Below, piece after piece: positions 12,501 to 24,180 of a stretch of DNA of 64,000 nucleotides. Position numbers and translations under genes: made by a program. The stretch spans positions 186,001 to 250,000 of the forward strand of contig NW_003314309.1 in NCBI RefSeq assembly GCF_000143415.4, written 5' to 3'. Below the pieces are notes generated by a model. The model was not told the origin of the DNA and did no database searches. It worked only from the letters and a program-made list of their open reading frames with translations. This stretch comes from Selaginella moellendorffii. Lineage: Eukaryota; Plantae; Lycopodiophyta. Each line of letters begins with the position of its first letter. Positions within the stretch are counted from its first letter, which is position 1.

Positions 12501-14400
12501 TTGAAGGGATTGGAAAAGGGAAGAGCAGAATAAGACAGAAACATAAGAGGAAATAGTGGGGGAACAAAAGTAATGGAAGTAGAGGTAAAAGTAGAGAGAC
12601 AAAGAAGTATGGAAGTGAGAGGAATGGATGAAACATAAAGAAGTATGAGACAAGGGGGAGAAGCTTCAAAGTCACACTTAGCATGATTGCGCTGTAACCA
12701 ATCCATACTAAGAATGAGGTCAAAAGCTTGACTTGGCACCACCCGCAATGACTGCAACTCAAGCTCAAGATCGCCCACATACACAACCAGGTCTGCCTCA
12801 TCCCGTGCACATACATATGTACGACTGTTGCCATAAAGAATGAAAACTGGTTCCACCGCACGATGCAAGTGTAGATGGCAACGTGTGGCAACAGGTCGAA
12901 CAATAGAAGATAAACTTGAACCTGTATCAACCAACACAGAGAGAATAATAGGAGACCTCTTGTTATAAAAATGAGCTTGGAAAGCAAACACTGGATGAAC
13001 CGATACCAAGTGAACCCCTTGATGATACTCTCGAAAGAAAGATGGAGGGGTCAATAACTTATTTGTGCAAGGTCCTCTATTACTTGTGCGACTCCTCATT
13101 TCCCAAATGCATCTTGGTGTCCAAACCTTCCACTGTAGTAGCACCAACGGGATGTTGCTGACGCCAAAGTCTCCACCTAGGAAATGGAGGTCGCTAATCC
13201 GGAAAATGCTGACAACGCCGATAAGTATGACCAACTTCATCACACGCCCAGCAGCGAACATCACGGCCACAACTACGTCCTCGCCCTTGTCCTTGGACTC
13301 GAGTAGCAGTAGCATCAACCTCCATTGGAATATAACCATCACCCATAGGAAGTGGAGCTGAAGGATGTGTAACGAGAAGTGGAAGAGGCGACATCTCATA
13401 ACATTGTGCCAAGTGGAGAGCATCATCAAGGGTGGCAGGAGCAAGTGCATGCACAATTCTGACAAGATCTTAACGAAGTGCTGGCCATAACATTCCTAGT
13501 TTGATCCGCTCCGACATATTTGGCTCCACACGAAGCAAAAGACTTCGGAAATGAATGCCAAATTGCATCACTGACTCAGATGGCCTTTGGCGAAGATGAT
13601 GCAATTGTTGGAAGGCATCATCACAATCGTCGGCATGTCCAAAGGCGCATTTGAAGATGTCAAGGAGAACACTCCAATCCCCACAAGTGGCTTTGCTCAA
13701 ACCATTGTACCACTATAATGCTATCCCTTGAAAACACATGGGAAACTCACGCAAATGTTGAGCATCATCCCAAGAATGATATGTGGCAATCACCGTGAAG
13801 TGATTGAACCAAAGGTACATATCATCCCCAGGATTTCTGTGAAAGAACTCCGGCCGAACGTGAGGATTGGCACCAAGAGCAGGAGGAGTTGTACCATGTG
13901 TTGTGAACGCCACCATCAACTGAGTTTCGTTGTTTAATTGCAAATGCATAGCATCAAGCAATTGTACCAACTGCTGCTCCAGAGTCAAAAGAGGAGATTG
14001 TTGATTTGCCATGAAGATGAACGAAAAAGAAATAGCAAAAGAAGAGAAATGATAAAAAGCTAGAATGAAATGGTAGATCTAGACAATGCAAAAAGCTAAA
14101 TCTAAACTAAAATCATGAAAGGAAAGAATAAAAGAAAGGAAATGGAAAAAGCTAGATCTAGACGATGCAAAAGCTAAATCTAAACCAAAATCCTAAATCC
14201 AAACACTTCTTAGGGACAATCAAAGTTGCCCCTCATCTCCACCAATGTGAGTGCTTGGAATATGAAAAGGGAATACAAAAATTGTGCATATCAATTAGCC
14301 TAAAAACCATGGTTCGGATTGAAACCAATCCAATGGTTACCAAAATCCCATTACACTAATATTAGTATATGGCATCATAGCCATACACTTGGCCCTCACA
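9545..14400 (-). mobile_element. Full-length, frameshifted Ty3/gypsy LTR retrotransposon (non-chromovirus type)
   Basis: TG..CA LTRs at 9545-9720 and 14246-14400. PPT at 9721-9737. tRNA-Ala-like PBS at ~14229-14244. Gag with CX2CX4HX4C, protease VDTGS, RT FIDD, RNase H and integrase in gypsy order. 4-bp TSD TAGT; an empty site is present at ~56171-56183. Confidence 0.93.
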
Positions 14401-14795
14401 TAGTGTAACTAAAAGAACAAACACAAAGAATACTTGTCTAAAAAAAAAACCTATTCTTTACTTTTGTCTTTAAGTAATAGCTTCTAAAGTGAAACTTTGA
14501 GGAGTAGTGACTATGATGTTGTATAGCCTCCTAGATATCAAGAACATTTAAGATCCTATACTATTTTATTGCAGGTGCCATAGCGTAAGAAAGAATAGGG
14601 GGTGAGAGAGCACAAGATAAGGACATGAATCTGTAGAAAGATGCTTGTTGAGAGCTCTCACCACCTTTCTGAATTATTAAAAATAGCAGATTAAGATTCT
14701 TCTACCTAATCAGACATCCATTACAAACCATGGTCAGCACTCAGACTCAGAGTGTATGGAGTGAATATACTTGATGGGCCGCCCTAATCACGTGA

Positions 14796-15752
14796 ATGGC
14801 AAGGTCCATGCTTGTGATCAACTCTAGCAGCTCATCGATCAAGTGAGTAAAGATTTTTGTGAAGAAAGAGTTCCTCTAGAGGGTCAATGTATTGTAGGTA
14901 TGCCCTGTATCATCTGGGAAGAGTGGCTTCTTGCATTTTCCAGGGCAGTGTGGAAGGCATTGGAACTTCCAAGAGCTCCATCTCCCACAAGAGCATCTCC
15001 ACTGCCCAAGATCTAAAAATCATGGTATTTATGTTCTAGCAATCTTAAAGCCTTTGTACATGGATAGCTGGGTTGCTAATAGTTTTTGGTTTTCTTCCAG
15101 GGAAAATGTATTAGAGACCACGAAGCTGGTCTCAAGAAAGTGATGGATTTGCTCCAGCAGCCACAAAATGTTTGCACTGTTGGGCACCAAGTCGTTCACG
15201 GCAATGAGAAATTTAGCAAACCAACGCATATAACTCAAGAGGTGAAGAAAGCAATTGAGAGGGCTATTCCTCTAGCTCCACTTCACAATCCAGCAAACTT
15301 GGAGGTAACAGATCTTTACTTTCTTTTTCCAAAAAGAAAAATCCATTTATTTGTCCCGTTTTTTCTCCAACCTTTCTCTTAAAATGATCACAAAAACTTT
15401 CTAGGGAATTCAAATTGCTGAGGAGCTCTTCCACTGCCCCCACATAGCCGTCTTTGACACAGCCTTCCACTCCACCATCCCCCAGCTATCATACATGTAC
15501 AGAATCCCCTAGAAGCTGTACAAAGAGCTGGGTGTACGGTGCTATGGCTTCCACGGGATGAGCTACCAGTTTCTTCTTGGCGAGGCCTCCTGCGCTCTTG
15601 GAAGGCTAGCGCTGGAACTTAATCTCATTGCCTTCCATCTCGGCACTGGAGCAAGAGTGTGTGTGATCAAATATGTGGAATTGATCGATACAAGCATGGG
15701 AATGACTCCACTCGAAGGTTTAGTGATGGCTACTCGGAGTGGTGGTGTTGAT
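14796..15752 (+). pseudogene. ackA: Acetate kinase pseudogene, 3'-truncated
   Basis: Colinear with 56531-57952, but GHRVVHGG has become GHQVVHGN, there is a TGG>TAG stop at ~15510, and it is cut off after ATRSGGVD. Confidence 0.88.
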
Positions 15753-16303
15753 CTTTTAGAGACTTAATTATTAGTGAATAAAGCTTATATTAAAACACAA
15801 AAGTATTCCAAATAAGTTATCATCCAATCAATCAATAGTAGAGTACATGAACCACTAAGATCAGCATATTTGGAAAACATAGGATTCACCATCCAACAAA
15901 ATTCAATAGCCAGTGTATCATCAAGGAAACTTACTGATAAAACTTAACTACTAAAGATTGTAAATAGCATGTCAAACAACTTACAAAAGATAACTTAAAG
16001 AACACAAAGCATCATTAACTAGCAAGTAAGATGCTCGTGAATGTACCACTTAAAGGAAATAACATCCAATCTATTGAATGTATTACCTAATGCCAATCAT
16101 TGCACTAGCTATTCTGAATAAATCCCAATCAATAATATGAAGGAACTCAAGTTGCTTAAACAAGTGTTAGCAACATCCTATCAATGTCTCAAACCCGAAA
16201 GACCAATCCAAAGCAAACCACAAAAACATGTGGTATTGTGAAAAGCCATAAGCCATTAAAGCAAATAACTAACTATCACAAAAGATCATTAATCATCCTA
16301 TGC

Positions 16304-19300
16304 CATCCGCTTCTATCCTTCACTAGAGCTAAGAAAAAGGCTCTGATACTAAATTGTAAGCCATAAATTTTTCCTTTCCAATTTGCCAGCTTACCTTGTC
16401 TATCCAACCAACACTGCCTTGGCTTTTGCCAAATTCCCTCACCAAGGTTCCTGCCTATGGTACCAACTCCTACTTGGTCCTACTTGGTTTCAGTTACTCA
16501 CTACATGAGTAATAGAGCGTTAACCATCAATTCATGGATTCCCAAATCTCTCCCACTCCCCCTCCCCGGGTTAGACTGGACTTAAGGTTCGACTACACTC
16601 CCCGTAGGCACAAGTAGCCAAGCACACCAAGCCTCCAAGTTCCTAACATCCCTTGGTACCACAATACTTGATCATGGGACCCTCTAAATCCCAAGTCTTG
16701 AGTGCAACACATGCTTCAAGACGCCGGGGCGAAACACAATGGCCTAACGGCCTAGTATGGGTACCTCTACCCCCCCCCACTTCCATCCCACTTGCATCTT
16801 CCCCATCTCTCGAGGAAGTCGGAGATGGTAAACCACTTTACCGATTCGTGCCTTAATCTCGTAAGGCCCTGCGAACCTGTTTAAGGAACTCAAGATCAAT
16901 TCAATTCTAGGAATACATGCATTTTTACCTTTGGGTCAACTTCCAGTTGATCCCACTTGGCAGCCTGAGGTTCTTGGTGTTCAGCCACACCTTCTTCCCA
17001 ACTTGGAACTCTACATTCCAACGCTTCTGGTTCGCATATTTGGTTTGCCTTTGTTGAGCCCGTTCCAAGGAATCCCTCACTAGATTCCAAATGTTGAATC
17101 TTTCCGCCATGAATGCCTCCACTGCAGGTAACTCTCCATGGTACTCAACCATGCCAAGCTCCATAGGACCTTCAATAGCTCGCCCATTGATGACTTCCCA
17201 TAGACTCACCCCAATACTCGAATGTGGTGAGTTGTTATAACATATTTCCGCAAGTCCCAAATGACTTACCCAATCGGTCTGGTCTCCTGAGACATAGCAT
17301 TGCAAATAATCCTCCAGTTGCCTATTCACCCTTTCTGTTTGTCCGTCTGTCAAGAAGTGTTAGTGCCATCAAACTTGACTTAATACCCAATACCTATCTA
17401 TGGGTGATAAGCTGTGTTGAATTTCAACTTGGTGCGATATTGTTCTAGAAGAGTTCTCCAGAACCTACTAGTGAAGATCTTATCTCAATCTGAGATGATC
17501 TCTTCCGGCCTTCCCTGCACTCAAACCACTTGTTCGAAGAACAACTTCGCTACACCTTCCGCATCCACTTCCGTTGTGGTGGGTATGAAATGTGCCATCT
17601 TCGAAAATCGGTTAGTGCTTGAGCTCCTCGAGTTCTTTTTGGTTTGGCCCCTTTGCTAAATGTGGACCCCAACCTTGTTGTGTTCCCCTTTCGTAGGTTA
17701 TCGTTGAAATGCACCTTGATGGCTGCATCCAATGCTTCCTTGTAGTTGGTCGTGTTCCAATGCATTACCTCATCGCGAGCCTAGGTTTGCAAGCTTGATA
17801 TGAAGGCATGGAACGCATCCATATCCCCCATGTCCGTGACAAGTATCCTCTTTGCCATAAACCCATTCACATACTTCTAAATGATTCCAATCTACTTTAG
17901 CCTACTAAGCTCGTCTTTTAGATGTAGAGTAGCATTTGGAGGAACGTAAATCACGCGGATCCTTGCTTTCATCATTTCCCAAGTGGCCACCGGTCCTTCG
18001 TTGGCCTTTATCGTTCCCCACCAAGACTTGGCATTATCTGCTAAGTATGGTTTTGCACATGAGACCTTCTCCAAGCTTGGTAACTGCAACGCTTGAAAAT
18101 AGTCCTCCATATTGTAAAACCACTCCTTCACCACCTTATAGTCATTCACTCCCTTGAAGATCAGTGGGGGCTTTGGTTTGTACTTGGGACTGATTCCACT
18201 TTGGTCTGTTCGACCTTGTTTGGTTTTGCCTCAGTCCCTGCCGAAGGGTTCACACCTTCTGCACTGCCAGCATCCGCAGTCTTTTGCCTTTTCTTCCGCT
18301 TCTTATCACGCTTTAGCTTGCGTCCGAGAGTCTTCAGTAGGGCATTGGTCTGTGCCAATTGTCCTTCTAGAATGTCCAATTGAGCCTTGGACGACCGAAC
18401 CTTACTACCGGACTCTTGTTTGGAAGTTTCCTCATTGGAGTCCTCCTCATGCAAGGATTCCTCATCCATAGCCTTTTGTTCGACCGAAGGCTCCAGCTCT
18501 GAAGGAGGTTCCATCTCTGCCTTGGTTTGTTTCCGCCCTGCCTTTGCCATCTCCCAGCAATCCGCCTCTATCCTTCGCTAGAACTGAGGAAAAGGCTCCA
18601 ATACCAAATTATAAGCCACAAATTTTTCCTTTCCAATTTGTCAGCTTACCTCGTCTATCCAACCAACACTGCCTTGGCTTTTGCTAAGTTCCCTTGCCAA
18701 GGTTCCCGCCTATGGTACCAACTCCTACTTGGTCCTACTTGGTTTCAACTACTCACTACACGAGCAATAGAGCATTAGCCATCCATTCATGGATTCCCAA
18801 ATCTCTCCTAATCCCCCTCCCCGGGTTAGATTGGACTTAAGGTTCGGCTACACTCCCCGCAAGCACAAGTAGCCAAGCACACTAAGCCTCCAGGTTCTTA
18901 ACATCCCTTGGTACTACAATACTTGATCATGGGACCCTCTAAATCCCAAGTCTTGAGTGCAACACATGTTTCGGGACGCTAGGGCGAAACACCATGGCCT
19001 AACGGCCTAGTATGGGTACCTCTACCCCCCCCCCCCCCCCCCACTTCCATCCCAAAGGGAAGGCCCAAGCCCTTGGGAAGGGCGAGGACCAATGAGCCGC
19101 AAGGTACTCAAATAGGGCACCACTCCATATGAGCCGAGAGCACCACAGTCGGTTTCCCTTTCGGGAGTGGGAGCTGCTATTGAGCACTTCCTTGGGTGGC
19201 CCCTCTGGCACCACCCGAGTCCATGCTCACTCCCACCCAAGGCCCCTCGGCCCCAGTCTCAACCTCAAGTCAGTTTGGAAGCACCACTGAAGAGTTCCTT

Positions 19301-19742
19301 CAAGACTGGTTCTTGGACCTCACTATCCCTATTATACTTTTGGAACCCCTGCAGCCCCCCCCCCCCGGGAGACGCACGCTTTGGGCTTTCACCCCTTGAC
19401 CTGTATTAGTACTTGGACTCGGTCTCGGACTTGATCTTGGACTTGATCTCGGACCCGACTTTGGACTTGGTCTTGGACTCGATCTTGGATCCAATCTCGG
19501 ACTCGACTTCGGACTCGACCTCGGACTCGGTCTCAGAACCGATCTCGGATCTTGGACTTTATCTCGAACTCGGTCTCCGAGTCGGCCTCGGACTCGAGCC
19601 CGGACTCTATCTCGAACTTGGTTTTAAAGTCGGTCTTAGACTCGATCTCAGACTCGGTCCCATCCGATGAACTCTTTGTCATTTCGGTCATGCTTTTGGG
19701 GATCCTTTAGCCTACGACACCTCGGGGAGTTGGTTCCTTACA
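16304..19742 (-). mobile_element. Internally deleted Ty3/gypsy (chromovirus-like integrase); gag joined to partial integrase, PR/RT/RH missing
   Basis: 5' LTR at ~18610-19742. iMet-type PBS at ~18594-18606. Gag at 18550-17620. Integrase words RFSKMAHFIP and DGQTERVNRQLEDYL. PPT at ~16797-16812. Deleted 3' LTR at 16355-16796. Confidence 0.82.
19410..19665. repeat. Degenerate 6/12-bp tandem repeat (ctcggactcgat) inside the gypsy LTR
   Basis: Directly visible repeat array. Confidence 0.8.
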
Positions 19743-22700
19743 GTAAGTCACTTTATAATAAGCATAAAAATCATCATCAATGATCAATATATAGGATTCA
19801 ACATCTTCAATATTGATCATTAACTCTTCCTCTTGTAAAGTTAGTATAGTCCACGACTGAATCACTTTTCAAGGAAAAGCTAAAGCTGTTGACCCCTACT
19901 AAACAATCTCGTCTAGAACACAACTAACTCAACTTGCAACTCAGTTTATTTGAACGTCAACATAATTGTTAACTAGTAAATACATGAATGCCAATAACAT
20001 AAAGCTATAGCCCAAACATCAACACTATTTATATCAAGACTAATGAAATTCAATATCAATCTTATGGAGAGATATTTCATTTCAGTCAAATCTCAACAAC
20101 AAGGCATCACTTCAATGCCATCAACACCATAATAAAGCTAAAAGAAAGCAAGAGCGAATCACCACTCAAAGCTCTTTAGCAACCAAGCTAAACAAAGTCA
20201 AAAATACCTTAGTTAGTATCTGAGACCAATCCTTCAACACTACTTAGTTACAAATAACACACTATCAAAGAGTGATTCACCACATCCAAGACTCCATGAA
20301 ATCCAACACCATGGACTAAACGCAAACAAATGATATCGACAAAGGTAGACTTGATATACCAACATGGAAAAACTATATAAGTTTAACGACATGATCTTTT
20401 ACAACACCATCTAGTAAAGCAAGCTTATCACTGCTAAATCATCATCGAGCAAAGCAAGTGTTAAATAATCCTTAACAAAGTCTACAAGCAATCATTAATT
20501 TCCAAACAACTAACAATCACTCTTCAATTTGCCTTCACAAGACTTGAACACTAAACTCATGCCATCAAATCATATACTTGTCTAACATAAACATAATACC
20601 TCAAGTACGAGATAAAGGTTTATGGACAGGCATAAATTAAATGACTACTTGAATCCAATTCAACCGCAATAAGCTCATCAATATGTTTAGATAATAGCTC
20701 TGAGCATGCCTAAAGAGGCTAGCTATGCATGATCAACATTTAGTCGTAACTAAAGTGAAAATCATAAGATGGACTCATATCAGTACACAACCTCCTCATA
20801 TACAAAGTTATAGTATGGGTACCAACATTTTAACCTCAGACAACTAAGTTGGACATCACCATCCTTAGCCAAGGCACAGGGCCACCAAAACTAAGTTAAG
20901 ATCAATGAGAGCTCACTACTCTCATATAGTTTAACAAAATGCAAAGTGAGCCTACCACCAAGCACAATGCTACAGAAAAAAGGCACAAGAGTCACATTTC
21001 TAGAAAATTGTAATGACTACTTTTCTACATCAACTCCAGACTCTATCCAACTCAATTGCTTTAGCCTCAAAAGTTAGCATCCCTTTCGGGCCGTATTATA
21101 CAAACTACTTACTAGGGTTTAAGCTAACCAAAATCAACTTCAACCCCTTCACTAGTTTGGATTGGCTTACAAAATAAATTAATTTTTGAGCAAAGTGATC
21201 AATAGATCAACCATTGAAAAATCCTAAAAAAATTTGTAGAAAATTTTCCATCCTAGAGAAAGAATGATTCTCAGTCTAGGAATGCAAACTTTCAAGACTC
21301 AACCAACTTCCTCCTACTAACAACTTCACATATGTTCACCTCAACACTAATTGTCATGACTCAACAATATATTTAAGCATCGAACATCATGCCCATATTT
21401 CGACATCCAACACAGACATCTGCAAAAATGCATAATGAACATTTAAGGCTTGATCATGAAGACTATATCTTCAGATATCCATATTACACTAACACTATTC
21501 TTCAATTACCTTCAACATTTAATATGAAGCCAAAACACTAACAAGAAAAATGACATGGAAAATCAAATTCTAAAGAAAATTCCTCATCACTTGAAACAAC
21601 AATGCTACTTCCTTAACACGAGTGCTAACAATGTCAATGCTTCAACTACACACCTTCTCCATCCAACAATCTACTCCAAGTGCTAACAGATCAACTAACA
21701 AGCTATAACAAGTGAATGTTATAACCCTTTCTAACACCTTATGGGCAAACCCTTAAGTAAATAATGTATTGACTTAAGCTTAGCATAATGGATCATCATC
21801 CAGAATCTAGTCAAAGCTAGTATATGTAAGTAGACTAGTTTTTCCATCAACCACTTTGGGGTTTATCATCATTTACAACTTCATAAACACATTGCACACT
21901 ATCACATGGGTATGATATAAATTCACAATGACTTAATCATTAATTGAGCAACACCACAAGCAATACCCATGTCACTACTACAAAGTTTATGTGAGTATCA
22001 AGTATTAACTCAATTCGACAAAATGCAACATAAATGCCACACCCCATCGATAGAGATTTACAACACCCAATACCACTAACTTTTGTTCACAACATGGACA
22101 AACTCATACCACTTTTTTTTTTACTAAACTCAAAACTAATTTAACACCAAGCTACTTAAGGAGCAATAGCAAGGTTCTCCAGAAAAGATTTGAGCATTAT
22201 AACCCAAGTCTTCTAATAGTAAGTCAAGTTAAAGTGGTTTAACATTTCACGATTATCCATCTTTAACCAAACCTCAAGCTTGCGTTCGCACTGCTTTTAG
22301 TCCAATCCAAGAAACTTTTATGAGAGAGCATGGCAATGATTATTTGAACCAATAGACTTATCCCTATAGTCTTGATTGATCCACTTATAATTATGCCTAG
22401 GAATGATCCACTAGTGTCGTGCTAACAACTATAGGCCAACCTATTTACCACTCTTAGAAAACTCAAGGAAGGTTTATTTTTTCTCACGGTACATAGAACA
22501 ACTCATGGAACCATTGGAATCATTTATGGAACCACTGATAGGTTAATATTAATCCTATTAACTCAAAGTGTAACCTCGAGTTGCTAATGTGCTTCACTCA
22601 CGAGCCTAAGCACAAATTTGTGTATAATGGTACATCTCAGTCCTTCTTAGGAGCCCAAGAGCAAACTCATATAATAAGGTACAAAAATGCAACCAAATCC

Positions 22701-23651
22701 ATACCCAAGAAACAAATGTGAAGCCTTTGCACCCAAACGTGTACCCACTCGGATCATCATTTTCATCTCTACATATTCAACGAAATTAGTTGCCCAATCT
22801 CATTGGATAGTACTTGCTAAGACTCATCCTCTGATACTAATTGTAGCGCATGTGGTTTTCACCCTTTATCCTATGGTGATTTACCATAGGATAACCACGA
22901 AGCGGAACCTAAACCCTTTATATACCATGTGTCACATGCCACGTGTCCAAAAGATAGTGGAGTGGAGCTTGAGTTTCAAAGCCTTAGGCCACTGAATGAA
23001 AGAATGGTGCCAAACTCCCAAATATAGAACCAAAGAGTAATGGCACTAGAGCATGGAATGAATCCCAAGCGTATAGCCCAAAGAGTGAAAAGATAGAAGC
23101 ATGAAGCGATTTGGAATAGTTATAGAGCATCTAACATCCTAATGCCAGAACCAACACGTAAAATGGTGCCAAATGGAGTCTGGCGTTATTTCAGCATATC
23201 GGTGGCCTAACATAAAGATATAAGTACTCCACCTGGAACTTAGGTTTAAACCCAAGCCGGATGTAGAATAAAGATAAACACACAAACGAGAGCTAGATTA
23301 TGCCCCAAGTTGGTCAGCTATGCCCAACCTACCCATTATCCCTACTATACATTTGGAACCCCCTATATCCTGCTACACCTCCTCCCCCTCCCCCCCCCCC
23401 TGAGGAACACATGCTTTGGGCTTTCACCCAAGCTTCCCTTAGTATTAGGAGTTAGTTTCTGAGACAAGCTCGAAACTTACTAAATGTGGAATCCCCCTAA
23501 ATTGTGAATTTGAACATGGGACAAACACCATTGTGTTCAAGACAATCTCTACATTCTGTAAATATGTCAAATGAGCAAATCTAAACACTTTTCATAAATA
23601 ACATTTGGGACTAAAATGAGATTAATACAAAGAACATGATAGTGAGGGTAT

Positions 23652-23846
23652 TGTAAGCTCTTGAGTTTTGGACTTCCCGGGAGGTCACCCAGCCCAGTAC
23701 TATTCAAACCCAAGGACGCTTAACCCCAAGTATCCCAAGACCCTTAACCGATTGGAAAAGGGGGTGCACTCTTGTTCATGGGCCCTTTCCCTCTATATTT
23801 GAACCCCATGGATCGTCTCTCGAGTCGTTCCCTTTGGTTGCTTACA
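23652..23846 (-). mobile_element. Cassandra-like solo LTR carrying a 5S rRNA-derived segment
   Basis: TGTAAGC...GCTTACA ends and 5-bp TSD GGTAT. 23670-23724 is the reverse complement of a 5S rRNA internal control region. An empty site is seen at ~55121-55130. Confidence 0.85.
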
Positions 23847-24180
23847 GGTATTTGGCAAACACAGTAAGCTATCGTTTAGTGAATATTGAGGGACGAAGCT
23901 CAATATTACAAGGGTTCTTAACACTAGCAAGTGCAAATCAACAACACGAGTTTCTCGTTACCATGTTTAGTATGCTTGATTTAATAATAACTTAGGATTT
24001 CCTTCTTTAGTGCCCTTCTGGCTTAAGTGCATATGTGCTAACCAGTTTCTCAACTAGCTTGGGTGGAGACCATAAGGGAACTAACAGTAGTAACCTTTTG
24101 CTATTATGGTAATATGGAGAGAGTGTATGTAAGGATTGGTTGACAAATATCTTTTGATACCTGAAGTCATATTTGCGACA

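Larger units (their letters stand above)
15753..24180 (-). mobile_element. Heavily decayed Ty1/copia element (LTR 22842-24180, tRNA-iMet PBS ~22828-22839), interrupted by a gypsy at 16304-19742, 3' end missing
   Basis: Residual motifs in copia order: (W)LDSG at ~21800, CVGC at ~21410, FEAKAIE..SRNVT at ~21000-21070, VYVRQ at ~20585. The LTR has imperfect TGT.GC/GC.ACA ends. Confidence 0.6.

Noticed and set aside
14229-14244. tRNA-Ala 3' end
   Set aside because: It is a primer-binding site next to an LTR, not a tRNA gene.
23670-23724. 5S rRNA gene
   Set aside because: Only ~55 of ~120 nt are present, inside a TG..CA element with a TSD.
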